Below are positions 21,001-31,600 of a DNA stretch of 64,000 nt, in pieces; position 1 is the first letter of the stretch, and the number at the start of each line of letters is the position of its first letter. The position numbers and the translations under genes were made by a program. Source of the DNA: a virus; the IMG/VR virus record IMGVR_UViG_3300003690_000002, positions 32,001 through 96,000 of that record, one strand, 5' to 3'. Under the pieces are notes generated by a model. The model was not told the origin of the DNA. It did no database searches and was given only the letters and a program-made list of their open reading frames with translations.

Positions 21001-21797
21001 TGCCATGTGTTTCCTGCAACGAACGTGGTAGTTGCGTTACTAGAACCGATGGATTGCTCTGCAAACCCTGATGTTCCAGACATATATGTAACAAGAAACG
21101 GTGTGGTTGTTAAACCACCAGTCATTTCAATTGTAAGCCTACCATAATTTGCACTAGAAGAATTGCTCGACGTAGTGTGCACATCAAAAATAACTTCTCT
21201 ACCAGTTTGATTTTCTGTATCAAAAGCCTTCTTTTTGAGCCAAAATTCAACTGTGTTTCCTAAATTAGGTCCTCCGCCGATTGCTAAATTTGATGTTCTC
21301 TGTTTTGAATCGTCCCAAATATTATTATTCGGAGAATCTGAATATTTTATATTCGTGCCTGCATTTGGACCACCATATGATAAAATATATTCATAAGATG
21401 CTGAAGCGGGGGCTGCATATCCATTTGATGATGTTCCTGCTAGTGTTCCCCAATCAGTAGGAGAAAATATCGCATATCCGTTTGTTGTTGGATATACATT
21501 GTTAAGAATATACAAATCTAAATATGAAGAACTATTAAACCACTGTGTGCGCTCAATGAGTGCACCATCGTAAGGGTACGTATTGTATATTCTTTTTATA
21601 CTATCTTCATAATATTTTTCTGCAGAGCCGAACTTAGTAAAATTTGATGCACTAGAAAAGTCTATATTTGGTAAAAACCTATCTTTATTGGTGTCGTGTA
21701 CGCCGATGAACGCCTCGCCCTCAATTTCAGATGTAAGATCTGCTCTATTTGTTTTAGAAAGAAGCTTATGTCCTTCGAAAAGTTTTTTAATTGCCAT
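12096..21797 (-). CDS. giant baseplate-associated protein (3233 aa): LamG/concanavalin-A-like domain plus gp7/P2-I-like wedge segment
   Basis: LamG-like motifs TVEFWLKK...WHHYAFV...KLYIDGQ...IDEFRFWK (about 20600-21300). NIYNNLTHIYKSKGTETAFRNLLHCFG matches the YKxKGT wedge-protein pattern. Lies just downstream of the gp25 and gp6-like genes. Confidence 0.6.
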   Translation of the reverse strand: MAIKKLFEGHKLLSKTNRADLTSEIEGEAFIGVHDTNKDRFLPNIDFSSASNFTKFGSAEKYYEDSIKRIYNTYPYDGALIERTQWFNSSSYLDLYILNNVYPTTNGYAIFSPTDWGTLAGTSSNGYAAPASASYEYILSYGGPNAGTNIKYSDSPNNNIWDDSKQRTSNLAIGGGPNLGNTVEFWLKKKAFDTENQTGREVIFDVHTTSSNSSSANYGRLTIEMTGGLTTTPFLVTYMSGTSGFAEQSIGSSNATTTFVAGNTWHHYAFVFHNTGSDVSCKLYIDGQYDHKITADSTNVNYVSGAIVSTIGSLVASPSASSDGERRYSADAPARGWGKLSASIDEFRFWKNPRTSRDIGRHWFTQVQGGTNTIDANINLGIYYKFNEGINNTSSVQTEDKTVLDYSGRVSNGTWTGYVLGSRNTASAIVEADAATQEYKDPIIYSIHPEVNNLLVEKKKIGELYDRENNAGLYNMIPQWITEEDDGTLLQLTQILSSYFDTLFLQIESLTELKNTSYPSTGSRKPLPFSHRLLESKGFITPDLFADAETLENIGSRSETEAFEQKLHDTKNLIYQNIYNNLTHIYKSKGTETAFRNLLHCFGIDENVVKLNLYGENATYELKDNYRTTLARKNYVDFNASTPGTYLKYEATVYQQTSSKSPSSVAFISASRGNKKEAGFPATVEAEVMFPKKFEPASDLYVDYPHYTSSLFGMHTAHTASGRLTVVAPDYANFQVYAVRKATQGSYSATEQYSGEDAYFRLTGSIGGFIPDLTSSVFRGVYTNKKWNFAVRVKPTNYPLVDFISGSDAVFSKTYTVEFYGVNAVADTVAEEFLVTGTMSYDNGINFMTTPKRLYIGAHRTNFTGTILQRTDVKISSLRYWMDYLSNDVIKLHAHDALNFGAEDPYKNAYLFQNTISTGSTAIYVPKIDTLALHWDFETVSGSNSDGQFLVPDAATGSATLSSRYSWLGNIIKNKHTGKGNFFYTSDSGSIEREYVHSVKSQLPETLNSKDMINIELSIDKVFTKDHRPGNLFFAFEKSMYQTISDEVIKYFASVKDFNNLIGEPINRYRQEYKDLSKLRQLFFERIDNTPDIDRYVSYYKWVDSAIGDMLLQLIPAAANFSPNLRTIVESHVLERNKYWTKFPTLEMKTAEPDAASLLGGEDARYNWKFGHAPIPSGDIKAEVVNLLTIAGNNNNDRFKVNVPTAAGGTGVDITVKLVAGTPSSSTANQVEVSTAGTGAALLARLVTAIAGGTPSPSNSVAYGSGAGDVTNGIAGITAAEGTSNRITITATQLGITGNGIVFTDIIGVMVENGASSSPATLTGGTDEQAQYNNCLWWKDRAERSDASLSSGDSNIDADKNSILKTFTTVVSRSGPNLSSSFYDVDNYEGSSYALRKFSKPYKLFVKKTQVLHGGINYSNNKKPDFYKTLQGFGSSSLKPVLYTQVSRSFTGSAAPLYGQDLELFQDCTDAYDLYKNDQTKARFGATIHKDNKKYKGDLLYPFNIHSSSISPSYLSSRFTNYGYQPSTASTGPMFTYDITNIHADIYGPDYETPMQGPFTEKFVGGNQHRHININSGAMDAKDNRPEAFRIGLNHHISVINPAFREGDPIGSFDSTLPRASFYRDGTAKRPVNIRNIRQTTGSSGSTGVRYETQIGNYMHDYEILHTSGRRTNNRAFVKNEGFTLEIVESAAVSGVFDFTLPNRAVSGTNKFVFVERFSAPGGPEVMSRGYLDVESEEYAVQNMLNYRNFTVREPLRLLYTDHVKQFGYFSDQHNSASYFLADQTYFPGTSGSVSETTYHSSASFYKTNRNSRKRIVLSGSHTGSSIFSGDPFYGGEAYLTATVHDNYWVQHQIPRSDKQYAWITASMSGNLPFFGYEEPDRSNAGGASTSITFISESEVAAVGQGGSRLLTANALQYGAAYYHRIKVDFVGMNLVMHEPISASQNTLGYPPEASIDGRSLAASHISGILGNHTIYSPSTTIGPNYYLSISDAVKPRYSLSLDYVNYDEGMCGLNGLLHHRGGNYGYPSWKQIRTGEHPVARLHRKKNILSIQDAPKTKTFIIKSAHDGKGKSSNVLTSSKAIRGDTFTHYSESVCTSKFKPISQTFVIETENGKLQPLSVRHTYANNLVKFVNCELNNKLGITSPNLNQKYYKLLSLYDPDLITLPKESNPIKKFGKLLYRETIYPKEKYTYFNKARSREMFVAPFWRKDRGTTHGTQRVELPYENPGNGRATDLVTASITNSQGLTIARQSRWPLDARLGFLTASTDILSGGFTGAGELLNNYQVFSGNIGSDSDWQATPASKPYGALYARPIASTFGEVYTSQSARAEIFTNDTLWEAGAQAGKDPFPENYNTWADQMRRCGKDYTIIPEFRISEHMPFYINEHGGNFRAENPKFLSLTGSSISSSGEANFYTTYSNTEFLKYFDQINDDHVSVSDEPHYLGLQCKAYMKFLPYDGFYPALRTLQLATLFSESYGPTVELSGTQKSFRTALTPFFAPGILYNSIKSGMSVDYPVHTGSFVTTGSSRNDSYESDRGGVVVAGIPRIKTLPRYRMPFEAIIDPSKYGGILIVDAEPHPHAHIDSTASIKAAHNQLYTLGMHNFLAAVPDFFLAGGKLTTALSAPEKDPNYFNVVSGATYVMHVELSHGTIRNSEIVNGGGDGFSDYTPWRPSVALKNLEQRESNLIYNPPTIKMYERTASIDSYGSSFGPPYAVGSLLSDDIGPANSLTIQGTTSASYSSHTPPYYNGSSRLKFTLTITGALAKGAIGGPIEGMPDKPLRLTLTEIMNNCNIIPWRIKETKWMSHYWVQDNGTDVHNTFASPYAAHKGDPSPEMKPDSCLNFLQLSNEPSPTFDADGNITSVSSADNQRWAIQPKWECPILDFSGSIVTLPQYGTASIAKGMWHQYGQIPTGSNKGVFMDIIDPTDIGVYPNYKSLADLVGFDTKKSYKLGTVAEMKTVLEAVVAIPFVEEGVEKKFFTLDRAMIKEAIALNVGATKLEDIEEAKRPGVSIRHMVNSMKNYVFPPQFDFLTYPDINPIAMYLFNFGVKFTQKDLADMWQNLPPDMGMDPKTPFKTAHATVNHQLLANEFYKSTDGRVPSKLRWMVFKVKQRGKSNYYKLTSDSKDDAKFKFKFEQGGKTSTIEGELPYSYNWPYDYFSLVELVKIDARVTIPSTTEQVSPYESLSTVPKEAFTISTSPTEAQIASSKAAKIATSQLEDKKAVQDTLIKEDDE

Positions 21798-23314
21798 TAT
21801 TGTTCAACCCTAAATGAAAACAACTCCGACTGCTCGTGGTATGAATTATTAATATAATAAACAAATTTAATTCCATACTGATAATCTGGTTCTAATAGCT
21901 TCATATCTAAATCAAAATAATTTCCAGATACGTCAAAAGAAGTTTTTGTATAATTTGTGCTGCCAGAGCCATATTCTATAACATCTTTATCGTCAGAAAT
22001 TCTAATTATTTTATAATATGCATTATCAATTGTTGTTCCCGTTATAACCATTGTAGCTTTTGAATAAATTGTTGGGTTCCAATTTTTTTCTCTAATATAA
22101 AATCTAAATCTTGCATTTTCATCTTTATGATAGGTTGATTTAAGATTGGTGCACGCCGTAACAAATTTTGGGCTTGGATTATATCCAGAACCTAGTAAAA
22201 CGTCTGGAAAAATTGAACCACTATAATATTCTACACTAGCGCTATGCCAGACATCATTAAGTGTAATTAATGGGGTAGCTGTAGCAGTGATTGCCAACGA
22301 AGCAGAATAAGTTCCAGTTGTTACATATCCACCAGTAATATTTGTGTTACCATCATAAAGATATAATTTTGATCCAGATGGGGTTGTTGATCCAGAATAT
22401 AAACTAACTAATATCGTACCTGTATCCACACCCGGAATATTTTTCAATTGCCCTCTGACATAGTTATAAAGATATAAAGTATTTAAATTATCAGCTGCTG
22501 AAGCTAGTGAGCTACTATAGTAAAAATTACCCCTATCGTCTTGTGTCGAAGAATCCCATTGTGCCTCAATTACTGGTCGTTTATAAAAATACTCCGTTCC
22601 TTTTCCAAAAAATCTTTTTGTATAATAAGATCTTGATGCGCCTGTTACATTATGAAGAACATATTTGCTAGTACCTGATCCTGAGTTTTCTCCGGTGGAA
22701 CTTGAAAAATAAGCTTCATGACTAGCAGTTAATTTTATTAAAATGCCATAATTTGTTTTTGAACCCAGAACGTTTCCGGTGCTATTAACCCACTGTTCAA
22801 CCAATTGTGTAATATCAACTTCTAGATCTTCAGTTCCATTAAGAAATGACATTTCAAAAGATGAAGACGCATCAACATATACATCTGCTCCTGCCGTTAC
22901 CCACGATACGTTTTTTGAGGCTGTTAGCCAATTTGATAAATCTTCATCTTTATATGTTTCCATGTCTAGACCAAAGCCTTCACTCCAAGACGTCGAAACT
23001 GCGTTGACAGTTGCTTTAAAATCTTTAGGTAAAGTTAATGAATGTTCAGCATTATATAACTTTAAAATAAAATTAACGCTTCCGCTCGCTGGAATGGTAC
23101 TGCTAAGCCTATCTGTTGCAATATCAGCAGATGGGAATTGTATCAGAACTCTTGCCAATTCAGCAGAACTAGTATTTGCCTGTGCGTAAATTGAAAAAAT
23201 TTCCAAAGTATCGGAAGCGCCCATATTCGATCCTGTTCCCCGAGTAGATAAATTTGACTTATACGCATTTGTTATTGTATTGTCTTTGTTTGCTATATAT
23301 CTTTTAATAGCCAC
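21797..23314 (-). CDS. putative virion structural protein (DNRLRE/CBM96-like N-terminal region)
   Basis: KDNTI...GSNMGASDTLEI...ARVLIQF...FILKLYNA...SWSEGFG pattern. 1-nt overlaps with both neighbours. Confidence 0.45.
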   Translation of the reverse strand: MAIKRYIANKDNTITNAYKSNLSTRGTGSNMGASDTLEIFSIYAQANTSSAELARVLIQFPSADIATDRLSSTIPASGSVNFILKLYNAEHSLTLPKDFKATVNAVSTSWSEGFGLDMETYKDEDLSNWLTASKNVSWVTAGADVYVDASSSFEMSFLNGTEDLEVDITQLVEQWVNSTGNVLGSKTNYGILIKLTASHEAYFSSSTGENSGSGTSKYVLHNVTGASRSYYTKRFFGKGTEYFYKRPVIEAQWDSSTQDDRGNFYYSSSLASAADNLNTLYLYNYVRGQLKNIPGVDTGTILVSLYSGSTTPSGSKLYLYDGNTNITGGYVTTGTYSASLAITATATPLITLNDVWHSASVEYYSGSIFPDVLLGSGYNPSPKFVTACTNLKSTYHKDENARFRFYIREKNWNPTIYSKATMVITGTTIDNAYYKIIRISDDKDVIEYGSGSTNYTKTSFDVSGNYFDLDMKLLEPDYQYGIKFVYYINNSYHEQSELFSFRVEQ

Positions 23315-25116
23315 TATTTAATTGTTCCTTGTATATCAATGTTTGAAAATTTAAGTTCAATAACTGTATCATTTGGCACTATTAAATATCTTCCATCTTG
23401 GGATAAATTTTCTTCAATATCAAATGCCATATCTGAATAAGTTCCACCATATTTTCGTGTTATTTGAACCTTTATTGTATCAATAACTCCTGGAACCCTG
23501 TTTATTACTTGATATAGGTCTGTTAAAAAAACTGATTCACCTATATCAAATGGAGTTCTAAAATAATCGTTTATAGCATCCGATATACTGGTAAATATAC
23601 TTTGTTTCCCTGCTGTTTGGTCGCTTAAAACAACAAAGTTTATACCGATATTTAATATTCTTGTATCAAGTATGTCTATTGTATCATTAATCATTTTACG
23701 ATCATTAAGCCATATTTTTAGATTATTTTTTAGCACAGTATTTGATTCAACAAAATTACCGAATGCGTTTTCTGAAATTATATATAATTTTAAATTTCTT
23801 TTTGTTGAATCTGTATCTTGTACTATAGTACAACGCTTAATTGCCCCGAATTTTGTTGGCATCCTATAAACCAAAGCTACATAATCCTGAGCGGTGACTG
23901 CTCTATTTTGTGCAGCATGGACATTTAATATTCTTTGTTTCATCTCTTCGGCGGACATCAAAGTAACATTGCCGACAACAGGTTCTTCGTTTGTCACTTC
24001 CAAAGAACCGGCTACATCGCTTGTTTTAGATGTATCTAATACAGTATCAGTTGCAAATGAAAATCTTGGCTCAGAAACTGTTGTTACAGAATTGATAGCA
24101 GCATTAACATTAGTTGCTCTGTTCCTTCTATAAACAACCCTTAATGCTGTATTTGAGGGAGATACTCCTAATTTATCTGACGACAATAGATCTGATGGAT
24201 CAAACGACTCGTTAGAAAAATAGTTTTTTGCATGTCTTTGTAAAACTACATTTGCAGGATCATTAATGGTTTCACTATTTATTTCTGAGTCTGACCCGTG
24301 CCCAAATTGTAAAAATGTATTAGTTCTTGTTTGTTCAACAACAAATCTCCTTGGTACAGGCAACGGCTTCAATATTGACCCTGCTTGTTCTTTGGTGTTT
24401 GTATCGTAGTTTGTCACAGCTATATAAACAACATCCTGAGATAGATATTCTACTTCAAAGTATTCATGCCCCTCTGAGTCAACAACGGAAAGAACTTCAG
24501 AAACATTAGAAGAGCCTAGACTAATTCTTAAAAACTTTTGGAAATCACGAACAGTCACTATCTCAGTAACCAATTCTCCTGAAACGGCGTTTCCATATGC
24601 TTTAACTGCATAATGTGTTGGAGCTTGCGTTCCCGAGTCTACCCTAGCAACTATAGTTTCATTTGCTGTTTTTGAAAAATCAACATCTTCAATAAGCGTA
24701 TACATATTGCTTGGTGAAGCGAATCTGCTGCCAGCGGTTAATATTGGAATATAGTTTGTGTCTGGCGCTGTACCAAATGAATCTGCTGGTATTAAAATAT
24801 AAAATGCAAGTCTTCCATATGCTGTCATATTTTGAGAATATTTAAAGCCGATTTGTTTTCCTAATTGAATGATATTATCAAATTCATTTGCTGTATCTAA
24901 AAAATTTTCATTTGCTTGGAAATCTAAATAAAAAGATAGCATATCTCCAACATAAGAAACAAGATCTATCATTAATGATCCAAAAGAAGCTTCATTAAAA
25001 TCTTTATATGTGTCCGGGTAATATCTCTTTGTATAATTTAATAAATCGTTTTTTATGCTATTAAATTCTCTGTTTGTGTACTTAATAGCTTTTCGTGGTG
25101 ATACTCGGTCAACCAT
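23314..25116 (-). CDS. baseplate wedge protein (T4 gp6 / baseplate J-like)
   Basis: YTNREFNSIKNDL..Y...Y.D.YKDFNEASFGSLMIDLVSYVGDMLSFYLDFQANENFLDTA and AQNRAVTAQDY are characteristic gp6-family motifs. Adjacent to the gp25-like gene. Confidence 0.85.
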   Translation of the reverse strand: MVDRVSPRKAIKYTNREFNSIKNDLLNYTKRYYPDTYKDFNEASFGSLMIDLVSYVGDMLSFYLDFQANENFLDTANEFDNIIQLGKQIGFKYSQNMTAYGRLAFYILIPADSFGTAPDTNYIPILTAGSRFASPSNMYTLIEDVDFSKTANETIVARVDSGTQAPTHYAVKAYGNAVSGELVTEIVTVRDFQKFLRISLGSSNVSEVLSVVDSEGHEYFEVEYLSQDVVYIAVTNYDTNTKEQAGSILKPLPVPRRFVVEQTRTNTFLQFGHGSDSEINSETINDPANVVLQRHAKNYFSNESFDPSDLLSSDKLGVSPSNTALRVVYRRNRATNVNAAINSVTTVSEPRFSFATDTVLDTSKTSDVAGSLEVTNEEPVVGNVTLMSAEEMKQRILNVHAAQNRAVTAQDYVALVYRMPTKFGAIKRCTIVQDTDSTKRNLKLYIISENAFGNFVESNTVLKNNLKIWLNDRKMINDTIDILDTRILNIGINFVVLSDQTAGKQSIFTSISDAINDYFRTPFDIGESVFLTDLYQVINRVPGVIDTIKVQITRKYGGTYSDMAFDIEENLSQDGRYLIVPNDTVIELKFSNIDIQGTIK

Positions 25117-25135
25117 ATTGTAAAAGCTCCTTTAT

Positions 25136-25144
25136 ATAATTAGT
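25136..25144 (-). promoter_or_regulatory. candidate late-promoter motif ACTAATTAT
   Basis: Minus strand AACTAATTATATAAAGGAGCTTTTACAATATG, 20 nt upstream of the start at 25116. It overlaps the TAA stop of the gp25-like gene, which partly explains it. Confidence 0.4.
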
Positions 25145-25547
25145 TAAAAGATACAGGTAAGTCTATATCTAATATTTGAGGTTTATCTAATGGTACAAGC
25201 AAATAACGTATTCTAATATATAAAGTATTTATTGCTAACGTCTCATATCCAGCATCTTCTGATGTAAAAAAATTCATATCTATTATTTTTATAAATGGTA
25301 AATATTTTGTAATTTGCTGATTAATTTTCGCATATATCTCTCCCTCTATCTCATTTCCCTTGTGTTTAAATAAATAGTGCTTAAGACCTACGCCAAAATC
25401 TGGATTCATGACTCTTTCACCTGGGCTTGTTAAAAGTAACATTTTAAAATTTTGCTGTACAGTCTCTTCAAAATTTTTATTTAACTCATAGGCACCATCA
25501 GTTTCATCAGTCGCCAATGGGAGCTTGGGAGAAATTCCTATAGCCAT
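25140..25547 (-). CDS. baseplate wedge protein, gp25/GPW family
   Basis: 135 aa with QQNFKMLLLTSPGERVMNPDFGVGLKHYLF...INQQITKYLPFIKI, the classic gp25 signature. Confidence 0.9.
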   Translation of the reverse strand: MAIGISPKLPLATDETDGAYELNKNFEETVQQNFKMLLLTSPGERVMNPDFGVGLKHYLFKHKGNEIEGEIYAKINQQITKYLPFIKIIDMNFFTSEDAGYETLAINTLYIRIRYLLVPLDKPQILDIDLPVSFN

Positions 25548-25646
25548 TTTTTAATATTCCTCTTTTATACTAGTAAATACTATTTTTATTCATTTTTCTT
25601 AATGTTATTGAACTATAAAAGGCTTTTTATTTAGATTGTTTTGTGA

Positions 25647-28600
25647 TCAACAACCACCTGGATGTCCTGGGCAGCCTGCAGCAACCCATGCCTCAACGTC
25701 GCCTTCCCCGGTGCCGTGGTAATAGCCATGTTCAAATGCGAGCTTTTTTGCATATTCTTGAGCGACGGTGCCTGCGGTTTCTTGCAGGTCGTCCACTGGG
25801 TCAATCCAGGCTCTTAGTTCTGGCTCTAAATCATTATAGTCTTCGCCAAAAGTTGTAAGTATTGCATCTGTTAATTCTTCTTCTTCTTGCGCACACAAAG
25901 GCTCTTCAAGGGGTGAATCTGTAGAATCTTTACCTTTACAGTCGGGATATATATTCGTATATTTACAAAATGCCCATGTAGCCCAACCGATTGGAGTCCA
26001 TGGGCCTGGTCCGAATGGTGGGGGTATTCCGCTTTTCCATTTTGGATCAATCAAATCCGCTATTCCTCTTATCATTGTTATTGGAGTAGCTGTAATTATT
26101 GACATCAAATTAAATGATATATTTGGAATGCCTAGTGCTTTTTGTTCTTTTAATTGTTCGGGTGGTTGGTTTTGCCCTGCGGCTTCAAATGTATAATCAT
26201 CACTATTTAATAACATATCAAATAACTGCATCAAAGAATTCTTGGTGGATGCAAATGTCTCATCAAGCAAATCAATGTCAGACATATGTCTGTGATTATA
26301 AATTGCAAAGAGTGTCATTAACTTTTTCAGTGGAAAAGCTGAATCTGGAAGACCGGCGGCGGCCGCAGTGGCGGTGGCACCTGTAGTTGTCTCACCGGGT
26401 GTGTCAGTAGCTGTTTCAATGGTGTCTCCGGATGGTGGTGACTGACCCGTGGTGGTACCAGTTATGCCACCGATAGGACTTGATTCATTGGCAACACCAT
26501 CATCAGGCTGTATAGGTTGTTGAATAAGCCATGAAGCTTGTTCGCTGAATAAATTTTTCCACGTTTCTGTTTGATGTAATTTCTTTAATAGTTCCGCTTC
26601 AGGGTAAGTTATATCGAGATCTGTCCTAAATGTATCTTCTATTGGTATTTCAATGCTGATGAGAGGAACTGGAATGAATTTATACCTTTGCTTTGCTTTG
26701 GCGGCTATCTCTCCCTGCGCCCATTCATTAAGTGACCATCTTTCTATTGGGTTATGGTATACATAATAGCTTTTATTGTGCACATTACGAGGGACCTCAT
26801 AAGTTCCTTCTGTATGTGGGCTTCCGGCGTTTTGCTTGCCTTTGTCCGATGCCTGCGAGCCTTCCCACCCTAACGAACCGAGGTCTCCCAAGAGACCTCG
26901 CCCTTCCATGATGGCGCCCTCTGGGTAGTTTATTTTCATCATATTTGTCAAAGATAGAGTGAGGTCATTGTCGTTCTTGATGATCTTATCTATATCTTCT
27001 TTTGCCATTTCATAAGTATTTTCTAACTCATTTTGTGTTGGCATAATGTATACTAATCTTAATCCGTATTTTGCCTCTTTAAAAACGTCACTATATGTAA
27101 GATCAAGAATTTGTGGATAATTTTCTAAAGAATCCTTATAAGCGTCCACAGAGTTTTCGCTAGTATGATACTCTTGCTGCTCCGGGGGCATGGAATCGAT
27201 ATCGACGATCCAAGAATTTATTGGGTTGCCGTCAGCATCGGACGTATTATAAAGTGCCATGTTCTTTCTCCACTTTACTAAGTTTTCAAATCCAGGCATT
27301 GCCCAATTTATATATCTCATCCATTCCTTTATATTTACAACACCATAATAGTTATGGGTCTTCGAAGGGACAGAATATGTGTATCTAATCTTAACGGTGT
27401 CTGAAGCTGCACCTGGGGGGCTTAATTCTGTGGTTTCTTCGAAGTACTTCGCGCTCAGCTTGGCACCCCATGGTATATATGGGCTTAAGTCCTTTACACT
27501 AGATGGCTTGGTTCCCTCCGTTACACTTGGAAAACTTACTGTGGCGGGACCATGAGCCGATCTCAATCCCCACTCTTGAATGTCTCCTTTTTTGAGACCG
27601 GAGTAACTAGTTGATGGTCTTGCTCTTCTCGTAATACACTCAAGGAACATTTGGTATGCATGGCCTTGCGAACCGAGAAGATGTCCCTTTTCTAAGAGAT
27701 GAGGATATTTTGGGACTTTATTCACCGTTTTTGCGGCAGCGTCGGTCCAGTATATCTCTTTTTCATCATTAAGTTCTCCGCTTATCTTAACATAGCGCTC
27801 TAAAATAAATTTTCCATACATACGTTCATTAGTTCTATCTTCAGATACTGCGGAAACTATGCCCTCAAGTGCTTTTTGGTTTGCTTTTACTTCTGGAACA
27901 CCCGCCGGAGCAGCAAACCTTGACTCAAGAGCATGGTCAAATGTGGGCACAAAATCATCTAAAAACCCACCTACCCAGTGATTTGTTTTTGCGTTCGACT
28001 TTGTTTCTGTTTGACTCGGGGTATCTGTCCCAGGTGCAGTGTGTGTAGTAATTGCTGTTTGATAAAAAATGGGAGAATATATAGGTGTATCATATATTTC
28101 CAGAGCATCGCTTGAAAAGATTAGTTTAGAAAAAGCTTCATTAATTGAATTATACGTATTTGCGCTTACTTTTCTCAATGGTACTTCAAACTTTTCATTC
28201 AAGTCTGTGAAATCGCCCTGTGCGATATATCTTACTGCATCGGCAGAATCTTTAATTTCTATCGGGTTTCCCAAGCTATCTTTAAATACATATCCTAATT
28301 TTCTCATTCTTTCAATAGCATATTGTAAATGAAGAAAAAACTGTTCGCTTAATGGAGGAGAACCTAGTCGCATTCTATCTTTATCATCATCGAGCGTATC
28401 CGGAATTAAATTAATTAAATATTCCATAAAAATCTTATCATCAAATATATCTTTTGAATTAAATTCCGAAAATAAAAATATATTTTTAAGAATAGCTTCA
28501 AGAACGTGTAGACGAATTAATAAACGAATAATTACTTCCATGTTTGCTAAATTAAACACTTTATCAACCGGCTGTAGACCTGGGATGTTTGCTGTAATAG

Positions 28601-31600
28601 CAGAAAAGTCTTTTGTGATACAAGCTAATTCTTGCATAATTTGATCTGCAAGTCCGGGAGATTTACTAATTTGAAGTAAATCTCCTTCTAGTAAGCAATT
28701 ATCTTCTACAATATCACCTATATCCATGCCAACACTCGGCGTAAAAGCTCCTTCTAATTTTCTTAGTGTTGGCTCTTCAAAAACTTTAGAATTTGTTATA
28801 TCTCTTGCTATCTGTAGCAATACACCTTTAAGTGTTTTTTGATATAACTTCTTTTTAATCATGGCAGTAAAATTTATAATATGATTGTTAGACACAATAT
28901 TGGAATTTGCAAACCCAAGTCCTGCCATGATGGCTTGAGAGAATAATTCTGCTTGTGGTGAATATTCAGGGTTCCCTTCACCATGATAACTTGCCCCAAT
29001 AATATCTGTTTCGTTAAAAGTCGGAGCTGTAAACATCGCATCTCTCTGTGGGTATGCTACTTGACTAATCCCATCTTCCAATGACAGTTGCCACTTTCCT
29101 TTAACAAATTTGGTTATTGCCGAGATATCGCTTGATTGGTGTGGTAAGCGTAAAATAATTTTCTTTCCAGACATCCAACCATCCGGGGCAAAGGCTATTG
29201 TTGTCATAGCTGCTGCCACGCCTGTTTCAATATAGGCGTTTTTAGCATAAATACTGTTTCTATCGATTAATTTTTCTCGAAGTTCTGGCAACACCTTTGC
29301 CTTTTTCACTTTCATATCTGCCAACATTGATTCCGGGGACGTCTCAGTCCCACCCGCCAAACTTTGAAGGGTATTAGTCGTCTGCATATCCATAACGCTT
29401 ACACCTCGGCTGGATAAAATCATAAGTGGAACAAAAGATTCAACATCTCCGTTAAAAGATAAAGATACAGTTCTATACATTCCATCCATTGCCACTTCAT
29501 TTGAATATTGTGATGAAGCTGGCAATGGTACTGCTGCACCACCAATACATGGAAAATCTATCTCTATGTCTGGATTTTCCATAAATCCCATTAAATTTCT
29601 AATTTGCTCACTTTTTCTTTTTTTTGCTGAATCGAGCTGCAATCTTACTAATTCAGGATCTAAATTATTTGTCCCGAGTTGGTCTCTAAAGGTTTTTTCA
29701 ACATTGATTAAGTCACATTCATCTATTGCAGGATGTTCCAAAAAGGCAGAAAGCGGGTTCAATAGCTCACAAAAATCTAAATTAACAATCTTTCCAAATT
29801 CCACAAATAAATCTATAACTTTATTTCGCGATCTTAGTTGCTCTGCAAGGTGTGGATATTTAGCTTTAATAATGTTTTGTACTCTTCTTACGGTAGTTGA
29901 GCTTGCATTTCCTTGTAACATATCACAAAGTTCTGTTGGTAATAGCACTAATGAAATATCTTCTAACATTGCAGGCAGAGTATTAATATCAAAATTTAAT
30001 CCAAATTTTGCTAGAATATTAGCGGCAGCGGCAAGATTATAGTTGTCATTATTATAATCTGAAGCTTGATTAATAAGGTCCATTAAATTTTCTTGTTCTA
30101 CGTATTCCTCTTCATCGAATAATCCAGCCAATTTATCTCTAAGCCACTGGCAGGCTGCCAATAATTCTTCCAAAACCCATTTTATACCATCCAATATTAA
30201 ATCAGTTAATAGATCTATCAAAAATTTTTCTAATTTTTTATAGAACCACTTGTTCAAATCTTCCATATTTATTGTTTCAGGTATTCGAGTTTTAATCTGA
30301 GGAAGTTCTGAAGCTTTGTTACTCATAGCTTCGTCGGCATTTTTTGCGCCCTCTTGGGCATCTTTTGCCTTCTCTTCCTCTTTTTTCTCCGAGGTGGGCT
30401 CGCCCTTAATTGCGCCCTCAGCAGCCTCTTCCACGTTTTTAAGCCCTTTTCTGTTTAAATATGGTGCTATTAATTTACCAACCTTTGGAAAAATTATAGA
30501 CATCTTTTGACATAAGCCTTTTTTTGCCAGGTCGTCTAAAAATTTCAAAGCATCTAAAAACCGCTGATTTGCATACTCCAAGTTATCAGAACCCGGATTG
30601 AGATTAGCATAAAGAGGAGTATTAAGATTATGATCTTTTAGATTTTGTTTTAGTTTCTTTTCTTTTGCTCGGTTTGATCTTTCTTCCGCTTCCAAACCTT
30701 TTACTATTAATCTTTGATTCTCTAGATCTAATTCTAAATTTTTCAGCTCTTGCAATTGAGGGGCAACGGTGTAGCTCCATTGGTCCAATTCATATTCTGA
30801 CATGGCATCAGGCGCAGTTGCCAAGAGTGGGAGTGATAGAGAGGCTTTCATTTCTTTTAATAATGTTTGAAGTTGTTCATACTCTAGATATGCCTCATTG
30901 GCTGCTATATACGATTCTAATGTAGCCGCTTTTGCGTCTAGCCTTTGTAAGTTTATAGCTTGGCGTTTACTCTCATGATTTTTTTTGTTTGTGTGTACTT
31001 GATTAATAGCATCTGCTAACCCTTCGGAATTGTTCATCATTTGATGTAAAATCCCGTCTGGCTCTCTAAAGAGATAATCGGAATATCCAGCTTTTTTAAA
31101 CGCTTCAACAAACTCCTCAAATCCAATTTTATCCAGAACAAACTTACATGCTATCACTAACAGCTCTTCTAGTGTCATATCCAAAGATAAACATGAAGCT
31201 AGTTGAGAAGCTAACATTGTAATATCTGTCCTATTTAAAAGATTCTTATAAAGATGATCCAACTCTGGAACGCCTTGAACATCTCGTTCAAAATCTTTAG
31301 CTAAGTCATCAAAAACTAACTCGGCTACTGGTTTTTGAGAAAGTGTTATCCATTTTTTAACATTCTCATTTAATAGTTCTTCTTCGGTTTTTTTTTGTGT
31401 GGCTGTTTTGTAAGGCTTGTTGTTCATCATTCTCTCAAGCCTTTCGGTTTGAGCATTTCGTTCCTCTTTGGATATTTTTTCTGGTGCTCTAGGTGCTGAT
31501 GGGCGTGGGGTTGCCATCCAACGAATAGTTACCGGTGGAACTGTTCTTATATATCTTCTAACAAACTCCGTCCATGGAACTTCACTTAATGGTTTTCTGG

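Noticed and set aside
25613-25632. Inverted repeat ATAAAA-GGCT-TTTTAT downstream of the 3170-aa gene as a terminator
   Set aside because: The stem is all A/T and only 6 bp, too weak to support an intrinsic terminator call.
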